36,395 nucleotides of DNA, from positions 1 to 36,395 of the IMG/VR virus record IMGVR_UViG_3300030207_001643, one strand, 5' to 3'. The notes under the pieces are model-generated. The model ran no database searches. It was given only the letters and a program-made list of their open reading frames with translations, and was not told the DNA's origin. This stretch comes from a virus. Taxonomy: Duplodnaviria > Caudoviricetes. This document shows positions 20,301 to 29,326 of the stretch, in pieces; position 1 is the stretch's first letter; every line of letters starts with the position of its first letter. The position numbers were made by a program, and so were the translations under genes.

Positions 20301-23300
20301 GAATTATTCCATCAAGCTGTAGCTCAAAAAGGATTAAAAATAGATGGTGATTTAAAATCTACATCTGATTCAGCAATAGATGAATTACAAAATACTATTG
20401 ATGATAAAATAGATATTGAAACTAATCCTAAAAAGAAACAACAGTTAGAGCAATTAAAAGATAGAATTAAAAAATACGAAGGTGGTCCAGGTTATTATGA
20501 AGAAACAATGGCTCAGATTAACAATGCTATAACGTTAGGCATATTAAGTGAAAGTGATTTAGTTAATGTACCATCTTTAAAAAGCTTTATTAATGGAGCT
20601 GTTAGTAAAATATTAGGTGATCCATCATGGATGCTGCAATTAGAAACTGCTAGTGATGTTTCTAATTTTATAAAAAATCACCAGAGAAATGTACAAGATA
20701 CTAAAGTATTAGATGGTGGAGCAGCAGAAGACGATCCTTTAAACGCTAAACCTAATATAAGAGATAGAGAATCTATAGGTGAAATAATACCAGAAGCTAC
20801 TCAAGCTTACATGGAATTAGATAACAGCATGCTTCAACAAGGTTTGAATGAAGCTATACAAAATAAAACTGATCAGCAGTTTCCATTAGCTCAAGCTTTA
20901 GTAGAAAAAAACTGGCCATTAATAAGTAAAGATTTAAATATTAACAACGAAGCTGAAATGAATGCCGCTAAAGAAGTTGTTATTGACCAAATATTAGGAC
21001 AGTTTGAAGGATCTGGTCAAGGTAGATATGGACCTAGAAACACTAGCGCATTAGCTGGTTTTGATTTAGAAGGTGGAGCTCAAGTAAGTACATACTTAGC
21101 TCAAACAATAAAAACTAGAAAACCTGAGATTGACGCAGCAATAGCTGACAGAACAGCTGGTCCAGGTATAGATGTATCCACCGCTGGTGAAGTAGCTGTA
21201 GAAACAACAGAAACTACAGATACAACTCAACTAGCTAGAAAACCTAGTGAAACCACGGGTTTAGATGCTGAAACAGAAACTAGAATAACAGAAGCAGTTA
21301 ATCAAGCTTACGAAGGTAAAGATGTTAAGTTTGCCGAAACAAGAAATATACCTAAGCAAGTAGCTGATATATATGCGGAAGAGTTTGGTATTAATCCGCA
21401 AACAATAACCGATAAAACAAGAAACTTTCAAAAAACAGATTCTGAAGGTTTAACTAAAGCAAAACAATTTTTACTTAAAAATGCTAAAGATGATTTTGCT
21501 AGATTACCTAAGACAAAAGATGATTTTGGTAAAGGAACATTTGTACCTAAAAATGTAAAAGACGCCTTATATACTGATGGTGAATTAACTGGTTCATTAA
21601 AAGATTACATGGATCTTATAAGAACTAAACCAGAAAAACCAATATATAGAGATAGAGTTGGTCAAACTATTAGAGGTTTATTAGGTTTACATATACGTAA
21701 TCGTATATTAGAAACAGCTCAGCCAGTTCAAGCTAAACGAGTACAGCAAGGCGCTAGATTTAGTAAAGGTGAAAAAATACAAAGACAACCTAAAGACGAT
21801 ACTCGTACGCCAAATCAAGTATTAGCAGATATGGGTAGAGGACCTATGAGAATACAAACAGCTGCTGATGGTAGCTTAGTAGTAGATTCTGGACCTGTTG
21901 AACGATTAACTCCATCTGGTAGAACCTTTGATAAAAGAAGTAGACAAAGTGAAGGTGAAAAGTTACAAACAAAAAAGACTAGAGGTAGATCTGTAGCTCA
22001 ACAAAGATTAGACAACAAAAGATTACAAGAACTTGGTAGAATATCAAGAATATCTACAGACAAAGTATTAAGAGATAATGGCATAACGCCTTTAGGTGTT
22101 ACACCTGGAAAAAGTAGATTAGCAGATAGATTAACAGATAAAGGTAGAAGAATACGTAATGAAAGCATGATAGCTTCATTACCTAAATTAGGTTTAAATT
22201 TTATAAAAGCTAGTGGTTTTTATGATATAAATGGTATATTTAAAAATAAAGCTGATTTTGATTCTATATTTAACATGCCTTTAACTGAAAAATTTGTAAA
22301 AGAAAATAGTTTAGAAGATTTTGTAACTACTTCTGATACTGGTATAACTACTTTAGATAGAAGTAAATTACCTAAATCAAAAATAGATCCAAAAAATACT
22401 TATAGTAAATCTGTTAAAGAGCAAAGAGATTATAGTGGATATTCATTAGAACAAAGAAGAAAAAAATTAGAAGATAAAGATTTTCAAGATCAGCAAAAAG
22501 ATAAAATAGAAGTTTTAAACAACCTAGCTAATGTAATTCAACAAGAAATTAGAAATGAAGATGGTAGTATAAACGTAGAAAAAGCTGCATTTTGGTCTAA
22601 ATGGTTAGGAACTTCAGGCGCTATGAGCACTCACCCAATAAGATCATTAGCTCCTATTACTTTTTTCTCTGATTCTAAACTAGAAGGAAAAGATAATTAT
22701 GTAGCAGAGCATACAATGCCAGCTAATATAATTACTAGTACTCTCTTAGATATGGCATTACAAGGAAGAGTTGAAACTGATTTTGACTTTGTTAAAAATA
22801 ATTACCAACAAGGTCAATTATTAGAAAGCGATGATAGTAAAGTAAATATATTTTATAGAGTTGGTGTGCCTCAAGAATTTTTTGATAATGAAAACTCTAG
22901 TGTTTGGATTAGATATGCTCACACGGATTTAAACATGATTGATACTCAAGGTGGTATAAACTTAAACAGTTATCTTACAACAAAAAATTTTGGTACTAAG
23001 GTTATTACAGTAGCTGAAAGCTTAGGTTTAGGGTTAAATAAAGATCAATATCAAGATAAAAACGGTAATGATATTCCAGCTGTACTGCACTATCAAAATG
23101 AATTACTTTATGATCTACAAATTGATGATGAATTAAAAGCTTCTAATTTAAATAAAAAACTAAATAAAGCTATACCAGTTAAAAAAGCTGAACAAATACA
23201 AGTAGATAAAAATGCTAATGAATTAGGCGGTCCATTAAAACCAGGTGTTACTCCGCAAACAGCTAAGAATACTATGCTTAACAGCCTTGAATCTAAAGGC

Positions 23301-26090
23301 GAAGTATTTAAAAAAGACAAACCAACAAAAGGTATAAGTGTATTTGACTTTGACGACACACTTGCTAAAACAAAAGAAAAAGTTATAGTAAATATGCCTG
23401 ATGGTAAAATAAAAAAAATAAGCGCTTCAGAGTTTGCTGAAAATGCTAATCTTTTAGAAGCAAAAGGAGCAACGTTTGATTTTAGTAATTTTGATAAAGT
23501 TTCTAAGTCTACAGCTCAAGGTCCACTAGCGGATTTAGCTAGAAGACGTCAAGATAAGTTTGGAAGCAAAGATATATTTGTTCTTACTGCGCGTCCTCAA
23601 GCATCTGCAGCATCTATTAAGCGGTTTTTAGATAGTATAGGTATAAATATACCTTTAGAAAACATAACTGGCTTAGAAGACGGATCTCCACAAGCTAAAG
23701 TTGACTGGGTTTTAAACAAAACAGCTGAAGGTTATAATGATTTTTACTTTGCTGATGATTCATTAGCTAATGTTCAAGGTGTTAAACAGGTTTTGGATGC
23801 TATTGATGTTAAAAACGACGTGCAGCAAGCTAAAGAAAGTAAAGGCGAAAGATTAAATAAAGAATTTAATAAACAACTAGAAGAAGTTACAGGTGTTGAA
23901 TCATTTAAAAAATATTCTACAGTTAGAGCAAGATTAGAAGGTAAGAAAAAAGATGGAGGAATACTTAAACGTATTGGTAGACAATTTACTATTACATATT
24001 CAGCTGAAGACTTTGCCGGTTTAACCTACGCTTTAAGAGGAAAAGGCAAGCAAGGTGATAAGCATGCTAAATTTATAGAAGATAATTTAATTACTCCTTA
24101 TAACAGAGCAGAATTAGCACTGTTAACAGCAAAGGTGAATGTTGGTAGAGATTTTGCTGCATTAAGAAAAAAGTTTCCTTCATTAAGAGGTAGTAAGTTA
24201 AGCTTAACTAATCCGTTGTTAGCTGAAATAGATGGTGGACCATTTAATAAAGAGCAAGCGGTAAGAGTTTATTTATGGAACAAGCAAGGTAATGATATAC
24301 CTGATATGTCTAAAAGAGATATAAATAGATTAGTAAAAGCTGTAGAAGCTGATCCTGAATTAAGTGTGTTTGCAGATGAATTACAGTTAATACAAAAAAG
24401 TAAAGATTATCCACCTCCAGGAAAAAACTGGTTAGGAGGTAGTATTAAAAATGATATACTTAATGCTATGGATAAATCATTTAGATCTGAATTAATGGCT
24501 GAGTTTAATGAAAATGTAGACATGATTTTTACTCCAGAAAATTTAAATAAGTTAGAGGCTTTATTTGGAACTAAATATAGAGAAGCATTAGAAGATTCTA
24601 TACGTAGAATGAAATCTGGTAGTAATAGACCTAAAATTACTGGTAGCGGTGCTCGTGTAGTAAATGAAATGCTTGATTGGTTAAATGCTTCTGTAGCTAA
24701 CGTTATGTTCTTAAATATGAGATCTGGTTTACTACAGTCGTTATCTACGGTAAATTTTATAAATTGGGGTGATAATAATATATATGCAGCTGCTAAAGCT
24801 TTTGCAAGTCCAGAAATGTGGCCTACATTTATGAAATTAATGAACTCAGATTATTTAGTAAATAGACGTGATGGATTAAGAATAAATGTAAATGAAGCGG
24901 AACTTGCAGATGCCGCTAAAAAAGGTGGTATTAAAGGAGCTTTTAGCTTCTTACTTGATAAAGGTTTTGCAATAACTAGAATAATGGATAGTTTTGCAAT
25001 TGCACTTGGTGGTTCTACATTTTTTATTAATCGTAAAAAAGCTTTATTAAATAGAGTTAATCCTGATACTGGAAAATTATATACTGAAGCAGAAGCTGAA
25101 ACAAAAGCTTTTGAAGATTTCTATGCTATTGCAGAAGAAACTCAACAGTCTAGTAATCCAAGTAAAATATCATCTCAACAAGCAAGTATTGCTGGTCGTT
25201 TATTATTATCTTTTCAAAACGTCACAATGCAGATGAATAGAAAAACTAAAAAATCTATACAAGATCTATATAATAGACGTAAAAAACCAGGTATGACTCA
25301 GCGTGAAAGTGATTTAAGTAATTTATCAAGTATTGTTTATTATACTACAATACAAAATATAGTATTTAATGCATTACAACAAGGTTTATTTGCTTTAGTT
25401 TTTGATGAAGAAGAAGAAGATAAAAAGAAAGAAGAAAAACTTTCTAGAACTTTAAATGGTATGGCTGATTCTTTATTGTTTGGACTTGGTTTTGGTGGCG
25501 CAATAGTTGCAACAACTAAAAATATACTTAGACGTATAGCTGATGAAAATACAAAAAAGAAACCAGACTACAGAGATATACCTGATGATGTATTTGATGT
25601 AAGCTCTGTTATAGATGCTAAATATAGAAAACTTAAAACAGCGGCTAGAACTTTTACTTTTAATAGAAAAGAAATAAAAGAAAGAGGTTGGAGCTTAGAT
25701 AATCCAGCTTATTTAGCGGTTGCTCAAATAATATCTGCGGTTACTAATGCTCCTATAGATAGAGTATTACAAAAAGTAAACAATTTAAGACAAGCTTCAG
25801 ATGAAGAAGTTAGAATGTGGCAAAGAGTTGCTTTAGTAATGGGTTGGAATGGTTGGAACTTTGGACTACCATACTGGGGAAGACAAAGTACTATAGATCA
25901 AGAAGAAAAAGATGCTGAAAAAGTAAAAGAAAATTACGAAAAGCAGGTTAAAAAAATAAAAAGTATGGGATTTACTAAAAAAATTCCCCTATCAGGACCA
26001 AATCATTATAAGCCAAAGGGTGAATTAGGTGTTGATTATGTACAAGTAGAAAGACCCAGCGGCGAAATTCAATATTATATAAAACCATGA
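17358..26090 (+). CDS. Giant multidomain (polyvalent) internal virion/ejection protein, 2910 aa
   Basis: Size and position fit. Contains coiled coils, a zincin-like segment (~20180-20520), a sigma-like segment (~20860-21430), an EHxxP segment (~22700-22920), a HAD domain (~23330-23820) and a helical hydrophobic C-terminal region. Confidence 0.7.
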   Translation: MTLQEKEQELINAGLTGVELSEALSAWQKEQEQAVEDKKKEEEDLNKTIKISKSYANELGFNTSSGPGVFSLTEKEFQENPKVQQEAVELNKYLKSDEFTAIDNAAVYQQGLKNKFKTNELDDRNAKVKEYYTTPSGEKRYLRDKPKYDSDEAYESYLKQHYGDIYSDYKLYEAGLKDGVYTGDKLTLNDQNINEAKAEIYQDKLRAYLTNKQAEGFGKEHMYLFRAAQALNEENIQDPTKKWEATALAFEETQANLEKRYKEFEKTRQPFIDDLDKIQSELQEMQSANSGVDFGGIKLESNWTEEETKLYNEKLAQYQSVYDEYEAMNFDETYDSLVGDTQLLRTSMENFNKEVESYGQDMMQNEVLNKMLGMDYSLSARASAALEDFFIGGSYNVAKNIQEGGLRLLKLLNNNDQNPEREARLEKSIELCQQTLTNYNNRIAATRAETLPPPLELDDIGEDGVSVFRYVGEALADNSPSILTTFIPAGAAIAGSLRVAKAVGKGADVMRGALKAQRTYGLYAMRASQAIFFGGESGGKLSELSIKQGEQRDRLNVLRSALNRKGDGAILNPEERDLLQAEVNDIENSLTSNLSFATKSFAAYSYGGTATLAETLGSLKLVSGVNASAKAFGKTAAKKAMYENSTNFAGVISKGVIKGLRPAVTKAMPSELMEEALTQVSHNAIDVVVLGEDKPITEGLNADFFVKTAITSFAIMAPTTMSNTRQILQNEFTTRDEVMQNKKDVNELLVLQSQISEGKLKGKALTNAMNQRIAMVKKLGFSDAFKMQKLNHLSEAEIKEVAELSRQERSLGAQMRGLAATGDTQGADAVNAKKKIQAQYDAIAERKNELLGAKKRSTLQKQTDLNNKYGMSVNLNLEYDLGLYDFAQDAAMTMSDANKKYTVVSEAALDSPDLMRSELQEAGYTEAEVNDIVSKFTGDAPSNGMYTANGDIVINDGAIQKRIHGATTASDAQYAAVAPLEELFHQAVAQKGLKIDGDLKSTSDSAIDELQNTIDDKIDIETNPKKKQQLEQLKDRIKKYEGGPGYYEETMAQINNAITLGILSESDLVNVPSLKSFINGAVSKILGDPSWMLQLETASDVSNFIKNHQRNVQDTKVLDGGAAEDDPLNAKPNIRDRESIGEIIPEATQAYMELDNSMLQQGLNEAIQNKTDQQFPLAQALVEKNWPLISKDLNINNEAEMNAAKEVVIDQILGQFEGSGQGRYGPRNTSALAGFDLEGGAQVSTYLAQTIKTRKPEIDAAIADRTAGPGIDVSTAGEVAVETTETTDTTQLARKPSETTGLDAETETRITEAVNQAYEGKDVKFAETRNIPKQVADIYAEEFGINPQTITDKTRNFQKTDSEGLTKAKQFLLKNAKDDFARLPKTKDDFGKGTFVPKNVKDALYTDGELTGSLKDYMDLIRTKPEKPIYRDRVGQTIRGLLGLHIRNRILETAQPVQAKRVQQGARFSKGEKIQRQPKDDTRTPNQVLADMGRGPMRIQTAADGSLVVDSGPVERLTPSGRTFDKRSRQSEGEKLQTKKTRGRSVAQQRLDNKRLQELGRISRISTDKVLRDNGITPLGVTPGKSRLADRLTDKGRRIRNESMIASLPKLGLNFIKASGFYDINGIFKNKADFDSIFNMPLTEKFVKENSLEDFVTTSDTGITTLDRSKLPKSKIDPKNTYSKSVKEQRDYSGYSLEQRRKKLEDKDFQDQQKDKIEVLNNLANVIQQEIRNEDGSINVEKAAFWSKWLGTSGAMSTHPIRSLAPITFFSDSKLEGKDNYVAEHTMPANIITSTLLDMALQGRVETDFDFVKNNYQQGQLLESDDSKVNIFYRVGVPQEFFDNENSSVWIRYAHTDLNMIDTQGGINLNSYLTTKNFGTKVITVAESLGLGLNKDQYQDKNGNDIPAVLHYQNELLYDLQIDDELKASNLNKKLNKAIPVKKAEQIQVDKNANELGGPLKPGVTPQTAKNTMLNSLESKGEVFKKDKPTKGISVFDFDDTLAKTKEKVIVNMPDGKIKKISASEFAENANLLEAKGATFDFSNFDKVSKSTAQGPLADLARRRQDKFGSKDIFVLTARPQASAASIKRFLDSIGINIPLENITGLEDGSPQAKVDWVLNKTAEGYNDFYFADDSLANVQGVKQVLDAIDVKNDVQQAKESKGERLNKEFNKQLEEVTGVESFKKYSTVRARLEGKKKDGGILKRIGRQFTITYSAEDFAGLTYALRGKGKQGDKHAKFIEDNLITPYNRAELALLTAKVNVGRDFAALRKKFPSLRGSKLSLTNPLLAEIDGGPFNKEQAVRVYLWNKQGNDIPDMSKRDINRLVKAVEADPELSVFADELQLIQKSKDYPPPGKNWLGGSIKNDILNAMDKSFRSELMAEFNENVDMIFTPENLNKLEALFGTKYREALEDSIRRMKSGSNRPKITGSGARVVNEMLDWLNASVANVMFLNMRSGLLQSLSTVNFINWGDNNIYAAAKAFASPEMWPTFMKLMNSDYLVNRRDGLRINVNEAELADAAKKGGIKGAFSFLLDKGFAITRIMDSFAIALGGSTFFINRKKALLNRVNPDTGKLYTEAEAETKAFEDFYAIAEETQQSSNPSKISSQQASIAGRLLLSFQNVTMQMNRKTKKSIQDLYNRRKKPGMTQRESDLSNLSSIVYYTTIQNIVFNALQQGLFALVFDEEEEDKKKEEKLSRTLNGMADSLLFGLGFGGAIVATTKNILRRIADENTKKKPDYRDIPDDVFDVSSVIDAKYRKLKTAARTFTFNRKEIKERGWSLDNPAYLAVAQIISAVTNAPIDRVLQKVNNLRQASDEEVRMWQRVALVMGWNGWNFGLPYWGRQSTIDQEEKDAEKVKENYEKQVKKIKSMGFTKKIPLSGPNHYKPKGELGVDYVQVERPSGEIQYYIKP

Positions 26091-26317
26091 AACAATTAAT
26101 TATAATTTTATTAGCATTTACACTTACTTCTAATGCGCAAGAAGTTAGAAAAAAATGTATTACAATTACAGAAGAAAAATTACCTAACTATAAAGTAAAA
26201 GTAATTAAAACAAATCACTGTGTAGAACCTAAAGAAATAAACGTTGCAGTTTATATTATTACAGAGTGGGAAAAGAAAAAAAGAAAACAACGTAAATTAA
26301 GAAAAAATGACAAATGA
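26087..26317 (+). CDS. Small exported protein
   Basis: Signal peptide MKQLIIILLAFTLTSNA-Q, two Cys and a basic tail. ATGA overlaps with both neighbours. Confidence 0.6.
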   Translation: MKQLIIILLAFTLTSNAQEVRKKCITITEEKLPNYKVKVIKTNHCVEPKEINVAVYIITEWEKKKRKQRKLRKNDK

Positions 26318-27498
26318 AACAAATTTTAACTGTCCTCTTTGCGGCGGTGTTTGCGGTCTCTGCTAACGCTCAGGATAAAAAAGGTTTATTTAAAACTATA
26401 TACGAAGATTTATTCGAGTATAGCACAATTTACTTAGCAGGTGATATACAAAATCCTAAAGAACAGCCTAAAGATTATTTTGTAAGAACAAATCCTAGTG
26501 GAAATTTATATGAACCACCAGTTGTAGTTGATGGTACAGATTATTATAACTATGATTATCGCTATGGTTTTGGTATTAGAAAAATTGCTAGGTTCGATTA
26601 TGAAGTTAAAGGCAAAAACTATTACGATGGAACTGAATCTAACGTAGGTTTAGCAGCTTCTAACTCACCGATTAAAGGTTTTGAATATCTAGTACATGTT
26701 GAAAAAGAAAGATCCAGAGATGAAATATTTAAAAATCATCGATATTTTTTAAAACATAGCGGTAAATATCATATTGCGAAGATAGAAAGTAGAAAACAAG
26801 GTAAAGTTAACTTTAATTATAAATCAGCAGAGCTAAGAGCTAAATTACCTATTGGTGAAAAGTTTTCTTTAAATGCTGGCGCTATGTTTCGTACTCACCA
26901 AAGACCTTATGGTTATAATCCTATAGAAATATGGTTAAATGAAACTGATGAAAACGGTTGGCCAATTAACTACTGGTATCAACTAGGTTATAATTATGGT
27001 TTTACTGATCAATGGGTTACTATTGATATTGATGGCGAGCAAGTGTATGATTACTATTGGTATGATCCAGAAGGAAATGTAGTGGCTTATACTGATTTAC
27101 AGTTTCGTGACACAGTATTTGAAAACTTAATTAATCGTTATAATAACGAAGTTTGGGGTGAGTTAGATGAGTTTGGTGTAGTTTCGCCTGTTGTCGGTTT
27201 TGACTTTTATCATTACAAAAATAATTTTTGGCTTCATGCTTATGGTTCTTATTTATTACCATATCACAAGTATGTTAAAGGTGATGAAGACTTTAGTTAT
27301 TTAAATAGAAATAATTGGGGACTCGGTGGTCTTCGTCAAGATTCAGATCTTGAACAATGGGACGATTATCAAGCCGGTGTAGTCTTTGGTTGGAAGCTAA
27401 ACAAAAACCTAGGCATATTTGTTGAAGGCGAATACACTAAGTTTTGGGATAGCAAGATATATAACAGTTCAGTTGGTTTAAACATAACACTTAAATAA
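26314..27498 (+). CDS. Putative outer-membrane beta-barrel protein
   Basis: Signal peptide MKQILTVLFAAVFAVSANA-Q. Tyr/Phe/Gly-rich alternating strands. C-terminal strands YQAGVVFGWKLNKNLGIFVEGEY...YNSSVGLNITLK. Confidence 0.65.
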   Translation: MKQILTVLFAAVFAVSANAQDKKGLFKTIYEDLFEYSTIYLAGDIQNPKEQPKDYFVRTNPSGNLYEPPVVVDGTDYYNYDYRYGFGIRKIARFDYEVKGKNYYDGTESNVGLAASNSPIKGFEYLVHVEKERSRDEIFKNHRYFLKHSGKYHIAKIESRKQGKVNFNYKSAELRAKLPIGEKFSLNAGAMFRTHQRPYGYNPIEIWLNETDENGWPINYWYQLGYNYGFTDQWVTIDIDGEQVYDYYWYDPEGNVVAYTDLQFRDTVFENLINRYNNEVWGELDEFGVVSPVVGFDFYHYKNNFWLHAYGSYLLPYHKYVKGDEDFSYLNRNNWGLGGLRQDSDLEQWDDYQAGVVFGWKLNKNLGIFVEGEYTKFWDSKIYNSSVGLNITLK

Positions 27499-27499
27499 A

Positions 27500-27793
27500 A
27501 TGGCAGGAGCACCACAAATAGGAGAAGAAACTAAAGTAACACTAGATCTTAAAACAATAGGTATGATAGTAGGTTTTGTAGTAACACTAGCAGGTATGTG
27601 GTTTGGATTACAAGCAGACATAGCTGAGGCGAAAACATTACCTGAACCAGCTATTGATAGAATAGAGTATGATTTAAAAGACGAGTTAATTCGTCAGACA
27701 ATTATGGATACTCAAGAAGATGTAGAAGAAATAAAAGAAACTATCGATAAAATAGACGAAAGATTGTACGAGATACAAAGCAAACAAAGATAA
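27500..27793 (+). CDS. Single-TM membrane protein with C-terminal coiled coil (possibly spanin/holin-like)
   Basis: TM segment IGMIVGFVVTLAGMWFGL followed by a heptad-rich helix. Confidence 0.55.
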   Translation: MAGAPQIGEETKVTLDLKTIGMIVGFVVTLAGMWFGLQADIAEAKTLPEPAIDRIEYDLKDELIRQTIMDTQEDVEEIKETIDKIDERLYEIQSKQR

Positions 27794-28191
27794 TGAAATA
27801 TTTAAATATAATATTACTTTTATTATCATTTAATATAAATGCTCAAGAGTGGGTTACAGATGATAATTTTGAAAGTAAAATAAATGAAAAACAAGCTTTT
27901 GGTGATAATCAAAATAAGCCTGTAATAGTAGAGTTTTATGCTAAATTTAACGATGCTAATAAGTTTGATCAATGGCAAGAGCTAACAGATGTTATATATT
28001 ATAGAGCAGATATAGCAGTATGCCCAGCTGCTAAAAAGAAATACAGGGTACGTATGGCGCCGACATTAATTATATTTAAAGACGGTATAAAAGAAACCGT
28101 TTTTAAAGCAGGACTAGACTTAATGTTACCGGCAGATTTAAATGAAATACAAGAAGCAGTTGATGAGGTAAACACTGCTAGTCAATTTTAA
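27793..28191 (+). CDS. Exported thioredoxin-fold protein lacking CxxC
   Basis: Signal peptide ending INA-Q. VTDDNF...KPVIVEFYAKFN...YRVRMAPTLIIFKDG follows the Trx pattern, but WCxxC is absent. Confidence 0.65.
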   Translation: MKYLNIILLLLSFNINAQEWVTDDNFESKINEKQAFGDNQNKPVIVEFYAKFNDANKFDQWQELTDVIYYRADIAVCPAAKKKYRVRMAPTLIIFKDGIKETVFKAGLDLMLPADLNEIQEAVDEVNTASQF

Positions 28192-28192
28192 A

Positions 28193-28342
28193 ATGAAAAA
28201 AAGAAAATTAAATAGTACAAATCCTAAATATTATCCAATTAAAGAAGAAGAAGTAAAAGAGAAAAAACAATTAATAGCTACAATACGTAAAGGCAGAAAG
28301 CGTAATATACGCGTTTATGCAGTGTTTAGCGAAATAGAATAA
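28193..28342 (+). CDS. Small basic hypothetical protein (49 aa, MKKRKLNSTNPKYYP...)
   Basis: Fills the gap between neighbouring genes, ATG 28193 to TAA 28342. Not in the ORF track. Confidence 0.6.
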   Translation: MKKRKLNSTNPKYYPIKEEEVKEKKQLIATIRKGRKRNIRVYAVFSEIE

Positions 28343-28344
28343 TT

Positions 28345-28497
28345 ATGAGTTCACCATTATACGGAAAAATTAGTTCAGCTTGTAAAGCAGCTGCAAAAAG
28401 AAAGTTTAAAGTTTGGCCAAGTGCTTATGCTTCGGGTTGGGGTGTAAGATGTACAAAAGCTGGAGGTCCAAGTAAATTTGGCGGAGGTAAAAAGTAA
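28345..28497 (+). CDS. Small basic protein (50 aa, MSSPLYGKISSACKAAAKRKFKVWPSAYASGWGVRC...)
   Basis: TAATG-coupled to the next gene. The KFKVWPSAYASG motif recurs in small marine-phage proteins (from memory). Not in the ORF track. Confidence 0.7.
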   Translation: MSSPLYGKISSACKAAAKRKFKVWPSAYASGWGVRCTKAGGPSKFGGGKK

Positions 28498-28943
28498 TGG
28501 CTGATCCTAAAAAGGGTACAGGTAAAAAACCTAAAGGTTCAGGTCGTAGACTTTATACAGATGAAAACCCAAAAGACACAGTAGGTATTAAGTTTGCTAG
28601 TGAAGCAGACGCAAGATCAACATGTAGTAAAGTTTTAAATCTTAGTAAGCCTTTTGCTAGAAAAATACAGATACTAACTGTTATGGAGCAAAGGTCTAAG
28701 TTTGGCGGCAAACCTAAACAACAAGCTATTGCTAAAGCTTGTAAAAACAAAGTAAGAAAAAAACATGGTAAATCTCCATTAACTAAAGAATACAGAGGTG
28801 TTTTAAAGGCTCGTGTTAATAAGTTATATGGTGGAGATGTTACTTGTGATAAAGTTGGTAAATTAAAAGCACGTAGAAACGCAACAAAGCGTGATGTGCA
28901 ATTAGCCAACTGGTTTATTAATATGCAAGATTGTAAAAAATGA
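28497..28943 (+). CDS. Small basic protein with two modules
   Basis: 148 aa, Lys-rich. N-module ADPKKGTGKKPKGSGRRLYTDENP; a second module follows KSPLTK. Confidence 0.7.
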   Translation: MADPKKGTGKKPKGSGRRLYTDENPKDTVGIKFASEADARSTCSKVLNLSKPFARKIQILTVMEQRSKFGGKPKQQAIAKACKNKVRKKHGKSPLTKEYRGVLKARVNKLYGGDVTCDKVGKLKARRNATKRDVQLANWFINMQDCKK

Positions 28944-29326
28944 CATACATATCACCATTTCATAAAGACAAAACTCTTTCAAGTGTAGTATCACAATTAA
29001 AAAAGGCTTCTAAAATGCATTTAGCTCAAGCTGAAGTAGTGCAAGATCACATTGAAGAAATGAAAGAAGGATCACCAGTTAAAAAACAAAAAGGTGGTGG
29101 TACAACTAAAACTTGTTTGCCTGCTGCAAAAATAAGAAGCATGAGTAAAGAGCAAAGACAAAAATTAGTAAATTCTAAAAAAGCTGCAGGAGCTAAAGGT
29201 AAATATAAAAGATCATCTAAAACAAATGTAAAAGGAGCTCGTAAAAAAGGAGCTACATTACGTGACTGGTTTGAAAAAGAAGACTGGAGAAGAGTAGATG
29301 ATCCTTCTAAAAAATGTGGAGAATAA
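28940..29326 (+). CDS. Small basic protein
   Basis: 128 aa, Lys-rich, with CLP..K and LRDWFEKEDW motifs. ATGA overlap with the previous gene. Confidence 0.7.
   Translation: MTYISPFHKDKTLSSVVSQLKKASKMHLAQAEVVQDHIEEMKEGSPVKKQKGGGTTKTCLPAAKIRSMSKEQRQKLVNSKKAAGAKGKYKRSSKTNVKGARKKGATLRDWFEKEDWRRVDDPSKKCGE

Noticed and set aside
23340-23365. FDFDD as the catalytic DxDxD motif of a crAss-type virion RNA polymerase
   Set aside because: It reads DFDDT, which is HAD motif I with motifs II-IV following. No DFDID/DFDGD-type motif was seen in the protein.
28075-28107. 12-bp hairpin inside the thioredoxin-like gene
   Set aside because: AT-rich stem within coding sequence with no U tract; could be chance.
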